A stretch of 57,130 bases of DNA, filler included, from Bipalium vagum (taxonomy: Eukaryota), in NCBI GenBank assembly GCA_037834085.1. It is 3 parts of 3 records of this genome, joined end to end, with 100 filler letters (N's around TTAATTAATTAA, not from the genome) between each part and the next. Parts side by side here need not be neighbours in the genome. Positions count along the whole stretch, not along the records: positions 1 to 15,509 come from JBBMKC010153859.1; 2 more parts are not named here. One strand, written 5' to 3'. Below, piece after piece: positions 1 to 11,560 of the stretch. The notes under the pieces were generated by a model. The model had not been told where the DNA came from, searched no databases, and saw only the letters and a list, made by a program, of their open reading frames with translations. Made by a program: the position numbers and the translations under genes. Each line of letters begins with the position of its first letter. The first letter of the stretch is position 1.

Positions 1-89
1 ATTATTAGGTAACAAAGATATGTGACTAAGAAAATGATGTCATTAAGTGTCTAAAGACTTATGGGACACCCTAATAGGAAAATATGTTT

Positions 90-620
90 TGTTATAAAGA
101 TCAACGTTTCTATCTTTAGCTAAAAACCTTTTTAGCACGGAGAAACGGCTTTCTGCACACGCTGAGACAGGTTGACATTTCATAAAGAATGAATATTCAA
201 TAGGTAAAATCTATTCCTTTAGCATGTTCTGTAAAAACCACTTTTCTCGAGTCTTACTGCAATATATTCTTTGATATGACAGGGATCGTCAACAAACTAC
301 AATTCAGAAAGATCTTTTAAGCCTGCGTCAATTGTATACTCTGCACTCTCAGCCTGAATAATAAGTTTTTCAAAACTGCATAGTTTAACGAAATATCTCG
401 TAAGCTTTTAGCAATTGTTTGGTTTGCGATGCTCTTCTTTGCTCTCTTTGCAATGATGCAACCATCTTCAAATTTCTGAACAGCATTTTTGATGGTTAAA
501 AAGTTTTCGCATAGTATTTTGCAGCATTGATCCAACTAGCTCATCTTGTGACAATTAGTTTGGGTGACATTTCAGTATTTTTAAACATCTCCTATCTGGT
601 CTGGTTCTCTGGTAATGTAA
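90..620 (-). mobile_element. Degenerate hAT-like transposase fragment
   Basis: Minus-strand frames give IVTR*ASWINAAKYY..ENFLTIKNAVQKF, resembling the TRW(G/A)(T/S)W..AA.YY.ENF segment of hAT-family transposases. Stops and frameshifts present; boundaries approximate. Confidence 0.45.
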
Positions 621-1089
621 CTTTTAGGTTAGAAATCAAGAAACCAACATGATTATAATGTGATTTTATTCTTAATGCACAATTGTGCAGTAAATGTGAC
701 ATTAGTAATTAGAATTATGGATAAAAACCTTTTTTTGTTTTAATATTTCAAACAAATAACGAACGTTCAAATGACATATGTACAAATAAACATAAGGAAT
801 TGTTTATTATTTGTCTTCTAATTGAGGAAAGCAGCATATTACACGGAATATAGAGAGCTATTTATACATTCAGTATGGGAACAATAATATCAAAAAATTG
901 TTTAGCCGATTTAGAAGATGCCCTGATCAATCAAAGAATTGAAGTTGAAGACCTAGAGAATTTGTTGGTTGAAAATTCATACAGGACAAACCACAGCTCG
1001 TTATGCACATTTTATAACTTATGCATTTTTGAATCTGTACAAACACTTTTATATGATAATAAACAATGGAATTAACCAATTATTTTTAA

Positions 1090-1535
1090 TACAGTTAACC
1101 TCGTTAGTTAGTATACTGATAGAATTGAACTATTGATTTCAATCGGATAATCAAATTAACTATAATGAAGTAAAATGAATCGATTTGTTTTTTATGAACG
1201 AAATAGCGATTGGAAGAGAGCAGACATTTTCAAGTATTTTGAATCTCTGGGTTTCAGACTTAGAGCTATTTTTTATGTCTTAAGTAGACTGGAGAATAAT
1301 GAAAACATTGAAAGAAAATAGCTGAAGGTAGATCAACTCTCCTTGAAGATCCAAAAACAATGTCAAAGATTAAAAAATATAACTGTGGGAAGAAATGCTA
1401 AGTCCAACAGGGAACTTGGCACGAAATTTCATTGCACGGGTAAAATTATCAAAAAATACTTAAGAAAGATGCAGATCTAAAGAAAGTCATGAAAGACCAA
1501 ACCAAAGGTAAGCATGAAATACAACAATGCAGGAA
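1090..1535 (+). mobile_element. Tc1/mariner-superfamily 5' remnant (N-terminal HTH region)
   Basis: TA-CAGT start near 1090. Broken frame FYERNSDWKRADIFKYFESLGF..IFYVLSRLENNENIERK..GR...KSNRELGTKFHCTGKIIKKYL is typical of paired-type HTH/GRP regions. No catalytic part. Confidence 0.55.
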
Positions 1536-2059
1536 CTAAGCAAAAAATCGGATCATTGAAAACGTTCCAGATATATTATGAGGCGCAGGGCTGCGTCCAG
1601 TCTGGATTGTATCTGAGCCAGGAGAGAGATGAAGATTTGAAGAGGACAGAAATCTGAAGTAAAAGGAACGATCGAAGAAAACTCTGAAATATAGCAAAAC
1701 ATCGAGACATAAGAACCATGCAAAATGAAGGGAGATGCTTTTATTGTTGATAAGAAGTAGAAAGCAGGTGATAATGGCTGATTTCTGATTTGACAAAGAG
1801 AAAAAAGACAAAGATCAGATCTGAGTAAAAGCGCAGCACTTCATAGAAATCGTCAATCGTAGACATCATAAAGTAAAAGAAAAGAGATCTATTAATTTTC
1901 TAAGACAGATCCAAAGTCTCATTCCTTATTCACTCTAAGTCCTCACCCCATCGAAACGTTGAGGAAACAAATTACCTGAAAATTCTTTATAAAAATGTGC
2001 TCCAAATTTTAAAACGATCAATGCAAAAAAAGAATTTGCGAAAAAATATTATTTATTAC

Positions 2060-2137
2060 TTCGATTGCAGTTTGGATCCACTTCCAAATTTCAGTGTGAC
2101 CACTATCTTTTGCCAGGTCCAATGGGGTTTTTCGGTT
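2060..2137 (-). CDS. Ankyrin-repeat protein, exon (capping repeat)
   Basis: cgcag|AAC...GAA|gtaata. Translates NRKTPLDLAKDSGHTEIWKWIQTAIE (TPLDLA capping repeat). First and last exons of the gene were not resolved. Confidence 0.8.
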
Positions 2138-2333
2138 CTGCGAAAAATCAAAAAATCAAAATAGACATGAGAATTTTTCTGTAAAAGTAAAACAGTCCGA
2201 AAAAGATGGAAAGAAAAGGAAAGAGAACATTACCACTGTCCAATCCCTGAATGAGAGAGAGGAAATAGATTAGGTCAATCGATATTTTATCATTAGAAAA
2301 ACATTTTTAATCCCAAAAATTAATACGACTCAC

Positions 2334-2429
2334 GTTGTTCTTCACATCAATTCTGCATTTTCGATCGATCAATAATTTCACTATTTCAAAGTGACCCCAA
2401 AAACTGGCGAAATGAATGGGTCTCCATCC
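2334..2429 (-). CDS. Ankyrin-repeat protein, exon (96 nt, one repeat)
   Basis: tttag|GGA...AAC|gtgagt, phase 0. Translates GWRPIHFASFWGHFEIVKLLIDRKCRIDVKNN. Confidence 0.88.
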
Positions 2430-2475
2430 CTAAAATTATTGTGATTCTTTTCTCAAATCAACTATAATTAATTAC

Positions 2476-2574
2476 ATAATAGTTTTCACTTTCGATGTCG
2501 CAATGTTGGTCGATCAATAATTTCACAATTTCAAAATGACCTCTCCGACAAGCCCAATGAATCGCTCTCTCCTG
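2476..2574 (-). CDS. Ankyrin-repeat protein, exon (99 nt, one repeat)
   Basis: tag|CAG...TAT|gtaatt, phase 0. Translates QERAIHWACRRGHFEIVKLLIDQHCDIESENYY (ankyrin consensus). Confidence 0.85.
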
Positions 2575-3669
2575 CTACAAATCAAAAAGTTTTGCTTAAT
2601 CAAATCTTAATCAAAATTTGTATATTTCTCCAATCACCGTTGATCGATAAAACCATCAAAAATGTTCCTGGAAAATTGAGAAAGGAAATTTCGCCAAAGA
2701 CGAATTTGTTTTGAAGAAATTCGTCAATTTCGTTAGTTAAAAAGCAACAAAACCCAAAAGAGGTCGTCGACCATTTCCAAATCACAATCGATAATAATTT
2801 TACTTAAAGTCACTAACCAAAATTTCGTCAACGAATCTCTCCGCAAAGCAAGGTTGGAAATGTTCTGTCAATTCCGAGAAAAAGCCTTTCCACAAGCATC
2901 GTTTGAAGTTTTCAAATTTTCTTTGAACGGAGAAATCAATACAAAATAATGGAAAAACGAAAATCGATTACTCTTCGACCATGGATATCTGAAATCAATT
3001 TCGGAATGAAATCAATTTCTTTATTTTCTGCTAAGTTAATCTGAATTTAATTTCGTAATATCGATTATCAAAGTAATATCGTCAAAATTAATTATTGATA
3101 ACGATTTTTTTCAACTGACTTTGCTTAACAAAAATACTTTGGATCCGGTTTAGTTTTCGATTGGCGCGTTGTCAGTTTTCAATATTTTTGAGTATTAAAA
3201 CAAAATCGATTTGTTAATTATTTATTATGATGAGATTGATTTTGGAAAAGGTAAGAAAAAATCAAAAGAGAAATAAAAAAAGATTTATTGATTTATTATC
3301 AGAAAGAATATTAAAATATTTTGCTTTTGATTGAAAATCATTGCAAAATTATTTCTTTAGAACTTTCGGTTTTCAGCCATTTATAAAACGATCTGACTAA
3401 GAGAATAATGAAGGGAATAAAATAAGAATAGTAATACAGTTATTTATATTAATAATAATAATGCTAGGGTGATGCAAAAGTTAGTTCTCATAAAAATCTT
3501 TTTTAAATGTTGGGTTGGCCAAAGGCAGAAAACCCGATCTGAATAATAATAATAATTATTATAATAATAATAATATGAATAATAACAATTAAAGTAATAC
3601 GAGTAATAATAATAATAATAATAGATGTGATTTTCTACATCTAGGTCTGGGCGTCGAGACTACGAATTA

Positions 3670-4994
3670 CAGGATACGTCAGCTATTTGAGGACAAAAAT
3701 TGTTAAAATATACCATGATAATTTTTTTAGTGGCGCTAAAATTGATTTGCAGTATTTATTGATACAACATTGAATAATTAGCTTTTTATTTAGAAATGGA
3801 AGAGAGAACTTTTGAATTAACAAAAGAAATGAAAAGGTGTGCAGTTATTGTTGCATTAGCCGTCGGGCACAGTGACTTAGAAATTTCCAAATTTCTTAAT
3901 GTGGCCAGATCGTTTGTCAATAAAATTATAAAGGCATGCTTGGCATCTGATTGAAATGTCTGCTCTATATCTAAAAGAAAAACATTCCTCACGCTCAGAC
4001 ATTGTCAGAAATGTTAATTTTGTTCAAAAAGTTCAGGATGTTGTTCATGAAAGTTCCGGAATATCAATGAGAGAAATTGCCCATCGACTATCAGTTTCTG
4101 AGTCAGCAGTAAAGACGAGCGGTACACAATGATTTAAAATGCAAGTCCTACGTCATGAGAAGAAGACATTTTGTATCGGCAAAAAGCAAAGAAAATCGTT
4201 TAATCCGCTCAAAGTGTCTTTTAAACAAAATCAAGCAACCTGATCATCCAAACATGCTCTGGTTTTTTTCTGATGATAAACTTTTTACTCAAGATCAAAA
4301 CATTAAAAGGAGGAACGGTCGATGGCTGTGCTCCAGTGCTTCTGAAGTTCTAATGTTATGCACACCAAGTTTCCATCATCTTTAATGATATTAGATGTTG
4401 TGAGCAACGAAGGCCATGTGAATTACAGCTTCAAGATGACTCCGTATTTCTTTTCACAGGGACTTAGAATTAATGGATCTCTTCCCCTTATATCGAATGT
4501 CTGGATACATATGTGAAGCCCTAGATTGAATAAGTTGCCCACGGAAGGCCTTATGTGTTCCAACAAGACTCAGCTCCCTGCCATACAGTATTAAAAACAC
4601 AAAAATGGCTAACTCTAAATTTTAAAGACCATGAAACTCAAAACTTATCGCCACCTAGCTCATCCTTTTAAATCCTTTAGGCTATTTCGTATGGAACGTC
4701 GTAGAGAAGGAGACAAACAAAAACCTCCTCATAATACCAAAGATTCATTACGGGCTTCTATAAGCTCTGCTATGTTCAATATGAACAAAAACCATTTGAT
4801 CGCGGCTTGTAAGCTTTTCAGAAGCCGTCTTGAAGCTGTAATTGACACTGAAGGCGATTTTATTGAATAAATAAAACTTGACAACTGAAAACAAATAAAT
4901 TTTCTAATATTGCTCTAAAATATACATTCTTTTCATTAAAAATATCACTTACCTTTAATATCAATTTTTGTCCTGAAATAGCTGACGCACCCTG
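3670..4994 (+). mobile_element. Full-length degenerate Tc1/mariner element, maT/DD37D-like
   Basis: TA-flanked TIRs CAGGATACGTCAGCTATTTGAGGACAAAAATTG / CAATTTTTGTCCTGAAATAGCTGACGCACCCTG. Broken transposase with WFFSDDKLF, VFQQDSAPCHT, decayed PPSS..LNPL and C-terminal RSRLEAVIDTEGDFIE. Confidence 0.9.
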
Positions 4995-5039
4995 TATAGA
5001 AGCAATTGACTCAAACGTCGGAGTAATATTTCTTTATCT

Positions 5040-7541
5040 TTTAGAAATAATGGGCTATTGATGGAAATAGCCGTCTGGAAGCGTAGAGATTGTTGATCGT
5101 AGGCCAATCTCTGCGACCATATAAAGAGATGGTTATTCCCAGAAATTTGCCCAGTAAACTTTAAAAACTGATTTTAGATTGATATTATTTGGTTTCGTTG
5201 AAATATTGATTTTAATTGTATTTTGGTCAACGTCAGAAGATCGAGAAGTTTTTATTAAACGTCGGAAGAGATTTTATTTTTTTAACACCAGTCGATACTG
5301 AAAGAAATGAAAGAGTGAACAAAATGCTGAAGAATTTGAAAGAAGAGGACAAAAATTTCAGAATTCTTAAAAGTGTTTAAAATCAGGTACCATGAAAGTA
5401 AATTGGTTTGTCTGGATTTCAGCTCAGAAGAAATATGTAAGCAAGAGGCTACCTATGAAAAGCTGGAGAATGACTGAATTTCGGAAACTAATTAAAAAAC
5501 ACACAGGAATAGGAGAAAATATTGTTCTGGGATATGCTGAAAATGACCTAAACGTTTTATTACAAAAACTTAAAACTGAGCGAAAATTTCCTTTATCAAT
5601 GGCTCATTCTAGAAACTTCACACTGCGTCCATAAAGGAAGAAATTGTGACTCTATCAAAGAAGGATGATGTACTTTTTAAGCTCGAGGACATCGACCTAA
5701 ATTACATAGCTATCATCTATCCTCAGGTAAGAAAACTGTCTGAAATGGCCAATAGCACTACAAAAAAAGTTGAGATTATATATCAATTGAATTGTCAATT
5801 TCTAAGAAATCGATTACCATCAATGCGAAGCTTGACACAGAAAAAAATTTGCTTTATCAAGTCAGTATTCAATATGGAAATTTTAAAGGACTTGAACGAA
5901 AATAATGTACAGAAATGGGCAGGGAAGACTCTTACTGGATTAGGCTTAGATAGCGCTATAAAAGAAAAATGCAAACAATGCATCAATTACCTGGAGAAAA
6001 TGAGACTCGTTGCTGAAATGGACAGATTAAATGGCATTATTTCACAAAACCTCATCTTCAAGATAAATGGAGTATCCAATTGGACCTCCAGTAGGTCAAC
6101 CAATGAGCAAAAGCAGATGTTATTAAAAATGAGAAAAAGCATCCTCGGCATTAAATGTGAAAGCAGGAAAATGTTTGAGGCCAGAAAATTCCTCTTGGAT
6201 CGAATCAAAGAAAAGGAAAACACTCTGGGAAAGCAAAGAAACTTCTGGGTACCAAAGGACAGCAGACTTATATGTCCAAAAGAAACTGAGAATTTCTGCA
6301 TCAACATTATCGATTTGATAATGAAAGATAATAAAAATCAAAAGTTCCAAAGCCGCAACATTGACCTTGAAATGGAATCCGAGGAAGAAGGCTCACTTCA
6401 TGAGGAATATCAAATAGTAGCTCAGCAAATGGTTCCTGTGGACACAATTGAAATTTCTCAATTGTCGTGTGGAAAAAAGAGGTACCAGACCAAAGTGACA
6501 CGGAGTATGTCATCACAGGCTTGTGATTTCGAAAATGGGACAAAGAAGGCTGATGATTATGATACAAAAGGTAAATATCGAACAATAATCAAGGGGGCTG
6601 GAAATCCCAGTCTGGATATATATCACTTCAGAGCGATATCTCTCAAATCCTCACATTTTGCGTGTACAGCGCCAGATTGTACTAAATATTTGAAAAACTC
6701 AGAAAACAACGCGAACCAATTCAGGGAACACTATTTAAAAGTGCATAACATTGATAAACCATATAACCACTTGAATTACCTCTGCATATTGGAAAAAGTT
6801 TTGCTCACGAACAGTTGTTGTATCACATGGAGAATCACAAAAGTGGTCAGCTCCCCATTGTTGAAAACTGAACTGCAAAATGAAATGATTCTAGTCAAGT
6901 CATGTGCGGTTCGCAATGACCATCAAACTTTAATATTGAGTATTTCATTAATACAAATATTAAACAAAAATCGGTAGAACTTTGCATTCGCATTGGACCG
7001 GAAGCAAGAATAGCATTGCAAAATGATAACTCACCGGCCTTCACGCATTTTCTCATATCACAAGCTTGATGAATGGGAAATAATATTATGGTCGAACCAC
7101 TGGCATGGTAACCACTAGCTCCTCTTAATTGCTGATAATATAAAGAAAACAATTTTGATGGACCCACTTCTCACAAGAAACACAGAGGAGCAGATTGACT
7201 TTCATCAAAAACTAAATAAGGTACTTAACAAAGTCAATAATATCCTTGACCTGTCAAGATATATAAATTTAAGAATGACTGAGGAAGAGACCCATCCACT
7301 GCAAACGAACTCATATGATTGTGGTTTATTTATTTGTCAATATGCGAATGACTATGTCTTCAGTCAAAAAGAAATCCAATTTAGGAAGCCAGATGTTGAT
7401 AAAATTAGGAATACGATCGCTCTTGCTCCACACAACAATAATAATGGAGCAAACGGCCATCAACGTGGCATATTGTGCGATACTCAGCAGATTCAATTGA
7501 CCGATGTTCAAAATTTAATAGCGACAACATTTTATGCTTAA
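5040..7541 (+). mobile_element. NeSL-like non-LTR retroelement 5' part: structured leader, ORF with two C2H2 zinc fingers and a Ulp1/C48 protease (pseudogenised, RT absent)
   Basis: ORF pieces 5392-5634, 5646-6977 and 7155-7541. ZF1 CTAPDC...FREHYLKVH; frameshifted ZF2 ..GKSFAHEQLLYHMENH (~6781-6840). Ulp1 triad NH*LLL (TAG at 7116 in place of W), MDPL, QTNSYDCG. Clade assignment is inferred from domain order. Confidence 0.65.
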
Positions 7542-7844
7542 AATGTTATGTAATTTTATTTAAGGATCAATTTATCATTAGTTTAAATATTGAAATATTG
7601 GCTGTAAGTTTTTGAATTTCAATAAATAATTTTACAAATCTTATAAAAGTTATGACTTCTACAAAATCTACAAAGATTTTTGCAACCTTAAGGGCTCAGT
7701 TGGTGGTTCCGGAATTTAAATCGAAGATGACCTGTAAGATTTTTCTTGTTTTACCTTATAAAATTTAAATAATTATTGGATTGAACTCAAATTTGAACAC
7801 GAAAAGATAGTTCTCATAAAAATAAAGTTTCAAGAACAAAAAGC

Positions 7845-8180
7845 TACCAATGTATTTAATGTCAAATGTTGCAGAACGTTGCCAAAAGGTTACAATTCAA
7901 AAAAGATTATCCAATATACGCGACCCAACGGTTAACACCCATCTGAAGGATGATTTAAAATTGTAAACACAATCTGAAAATAAGTCGTATGAATTAAGAG
8001 AAAAGGTATATTATCACGAAGAAAGAAAGATAATTCGTCACATGGGTCCATAATATGTGAGAGTAAACAGAGAAAGTATGCAGAATATTTCACATTGCGA
8101 CAATTTTTGACATGTTTCGTAGTTAAAAACGGATTACAGAAGTTGTTAAGGGTTGTGAGAACTCTAAAAGAATAAAATTC
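7845..8180 (+). mobile_element. Possible Gypsy pol remnant (integrase zinc-binding region)
   Basis: Broken frames ..KVYYHE..RHMGP...LKT..TEVVKGCENSKRIK resemble the H2C2 region. Heavily decayed. Confidence 0.3.
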
Positions 8181-9230
8181 AGAATAATAAAAGTGAAAGA
8201 AAAAATCTCAGATGCATTCGAAAGTAGTTTGAAAAATATTTATTGCTGCTTGAAGACACCTCGTTGTGAGTAGAAATGGGATGAGATTGATTTTGGCAAC
8301 TCTTGATCACTTCAGTCGATATAAAAACCTGATGACGATGATTATTATTATTATCACTGTGATTAAAATATTTCAAAGAGTCAATCTCTTGTCAGATCCA
8401 AAATTGATTTTGATTGATTTGGTTGAGTATTCTTGTTTTGTTTTCTTCGCTGTCCCTTGTATTACTGGATTTAATGTTAGGGCTTGGAGTCTCCAACTTA
8501 TGAGTTTGAGCTTAACAAGAAAATTAATTCCATGTTCAGGTTTATCTGCAACTAACGTGGTAAATACCTCTTTAATATTTCTTTTCAACAAGGCTCTACA
8601 AGAGAATTCTATTCCATTTTAATTCATTCTTAAATTTCACGAATTTATGGTTTCAGGATTTCATAATTTCCTCTAAGAATACCAAACATGAAGTTTAAAT
8701 TCTCAAATGAATCAAAATCATCGAAAAAGAAAATATATTGATTTAAATATTCTTTTATTTGTCATTTTTAGAGATTTAAAATTTTATTACATCCAAAATT
8801 AATTGGGAATAGATTTTTAATTGATTATTATAGATAAATTTTTAAAGGTTTTTTTTATATTAAACATTTAATGATTTTTCATTGATTAATATTTTTTAAT
8901 TAAATTTTTATTTTAACAAACTATATCTATTAAAATTATTATTACTGTTTCTAATTATTTTCCTATTTATATTCTTTAAAAAATATCTCTTTATATTTCA
9001 GTAATAATATTTATTTTCCGTAGAAATTTTATAAAAAATGGTTTAATATATATAATTTTTTTTACCAGAATATTATAATTAATTTTTTATTAACATGTCA
9101 TTAAATAATTTATTTTAAATAAATCCAGTTCGAAAGTGTAATTTAGAAATATTTTTTTAAATTCCAGGTTTATAAAGCTGAACTTTATTTTTATTAAAAA
9201 ATAATTTTTATTTTAATTTTTCTAAAAACA

Positions 9231-9375
9231 GTGAAATCTGTTAATTTGGGCATCTCTAAATTTTGTTAATAAAAATTAAATATTGACTTTGTTTTCATGA
9301 ACCTTCTATAATTTGGGCACCTATTTATTTTGGGAAAAATATGCGGTCCGATGTTGCCCAACATTGGCCGTAATT
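9231..9375. repeat. pogo/Tc1-type MITE remnant
   Basis: CAGTGAAATCT start and repeated TAATTTGGGCA motifs with an inverted TGCCCAA copy. Confidence 0.35.
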
Positions 9376-9439
9376 TTAATTTACAAAGTTAATAATGTTA
9401 AAATTTGTTTAAAAATTAAAAATATTAAACAAAAATAGA

Positions 9440-10450
9440 TATGAAGTTATTTTTGCCAAATGAACTTCGGTAATAATCGAAATCTTTTTTCGAAAATGTT
9501 TTGGATTATACAGCAGATCTCTACTTTTAAACTCATGAAGTATTCCTGAACTTAAATGAAAGTGCCTCCGAATTTTTGAGGCAATTTTTGCTCATTCCGG
9601 GATTGAGAAATGAAAAAACCTACGGCATCACATTCCTTGTTTGTTGAAAAGCCTATTGGTCCTTGAAGATTTCACATAGAATTGAGATGGTTGTGTGTTG
9701 AGAAAACAGACTGTTTCTTGGCGCAAATTTTCTGCCCTTGTAAATGTCGCTTTAAATAACGAAAAACCCTGAAGTCACTGAGTGCCAAATCTGGGGTATA
9801 AGGCGGATGTGAAAGTGTGATATTGAAGTAAGCTCAACTGTTTGTATGGTCTGTTGAGCGGTAAGTATTTGTGCATTGTCATAAGGTAAATCTGTTGACC
9901 AGCAGGCTTAAGTCTATTTTGTCTAGCTTCCTCAACTAGTTTGCATAGTAGACTGCATTAATTTTGACATCTTTATCTGCAAAATCGATATGTATGATCC
10001 TTGAAGCTTCCCAAAAGATGGTTAAAATCAATGCTCTACAGTAAGATGTTCCTGATTTTAATATTCTAGTGGCTGTTTCTTCTGGTATTTGTACTCTTGA
10101 GATGAACGGCGATCTCAGTTAGGTAGAGAGATAAGAGGGTTTCATCCTCCGTAATTATATTTGTCAGGAAACAGTCACCAATTTCATACAAAACACGCAG
10201 ATTGTAAGCACAGTATTCTGACCAACGTATACACATATCGTGTGTTAAGAAGTATGGAACAAATCAGGAACACAACTTCCGGATGTCTAGACTCTTCATA
10301 ATGTTGTGTACTGATCGATAGAATATATTCAGTCTCTCAGATAAAACTATTTTTGTAATTCTTCTTTCATCACGAATAATTTTTTAAAAAGTTTCTTCAT
10401 GCGACTCGCCAATTTTTACTGGTCTTTTAGTGTTTTTTTCTTCCTCAGTA
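9440..10450 (-). mobile_element. Degenerate mariner (DD34D) transposon
   Basis: Minus-strand motifs RKLCS*FVPYFLT (WVP), IITEDET, YDNA and HPPYTPDLALSDF. Confidence 0.85.
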
Positions 10451-10478
10451 CCTTAATGCTTTTTAAGGCAAAATATTT

Positions 10479-10950
10479 TTAAACTTTATTATTCAAATTT
10501 TTACCCTTAACCTTAAAATACACGACAACGTTGTTTATTGTATTAAAATAGTCCGTTATACGCGCATAATGGCGTACATTATGGGGATCAAAATTCCGAT
10601 CTTTGCGAACGATATGTTTAACAATAGAAAGCTTCCCTCCAAAGAGCATGATGTTGGCTGACATGATTGAAGTTGAGCAAAAGTTGCAGGTGATACGTCC
10701 TCTCTATTGCTGTTGATAATTGCGCTAAGATAGTTGTTTGATGAGAGCTTTTCGATGTATGCTCTTATATTACATGGGTCATCCTGGAAAAGAGTTTGGC
10801 TAGATCTTCTGCAGCTTCTCGAATTGTATATTGAGTGCTCTCAGCTTTTACTATTAGTTTGTTTAAGCTCTGGTATTTTGTTAGCTGAATAAGTTCTCCA
10901 GGCAAACTGCTGTTTAACATAGATTGCTTTGGGCGAGAAATAAGTACCCC
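10479..10950 (-). mobile_element. Decayed ORF fragment with zinc-finger-like motif, probably TE-derived
   Basis: RITCNFCSTSIMSANIMLFGGKLSIVKHIVRK on the minus strand, with frameshifts upstream and no splice structure. Confidence 0.3.
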
Positions 10951-11019
10951 ACATTATTTATTTTATTTTTAATTTAATAAATATAAAATTTATTATGATT
11001 AATTAATTAAAGTAAAAAT

Positions 11020-11560
11020 TTTCTATTCATTATTATTTTTATTAAAATTTTTTTTTATTTTTAATCTATTAAAGTATTTTTTGAATTTATTTTTTTTTAT
11101 TCTTATTAAAATTTGTTTTTTTAATTTTATTAAATGAAAAATTTTTTATTAATTTTTAAATAAAATACAAATTATTTTTCTAATTATTATTGTGTTTTAT
11201 TCCTATTAAAATTTATTTTTTTTTAATTTTATTAAAAAAAATTATTTTTTTTATTTATTATAATATTATTAAAATTTGTTTCTTTACAATTTTATTAAAT
11301 AAAAATTCTTTATTAATTTTTAATTAAAATATAAATTATTTTTTCTATTTATTATTGCGTTTTTTCCTATTAAAATTTGTTTTTTTAATTTTTTAAAATA
11401 AAAAGAATTAATTATTAATAATTATTAAAATACTATTTATTTTTTTATTTATTATTTTAAGTAAAATTCGATTTTTAAATGTTATTAAATAAAAATTGTT
11501 TTTTTCTATTTATTATTATTATTTTAATTAAAATTGGTTTTTTCTTAATTTTATTAAAGA
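11020..11560. repeat. Degenerate AT-rich tandem repeat (~165-bp block duplicated, with shorter sub-repeats)
   Basis: The block TTATTAAAATTTGTT...CCTATTAAAATTT occurs at ~11103 and ~11268. Confidence 0.6.

Noticed and set aside
2600-2990. Upstream exons of the ankyrin gene (MVEE.. / ..NLKTSNDACGK..)
   Set aside because: Splice-like signals exist, but I could not build a consistent phase path with recognisable protein sequence, so they were left unannotated.
5795-6585. Minus-strand ORFs of 63-106 aa
   Set aside because: Antisense shadows of the plus-strand TE ORF.
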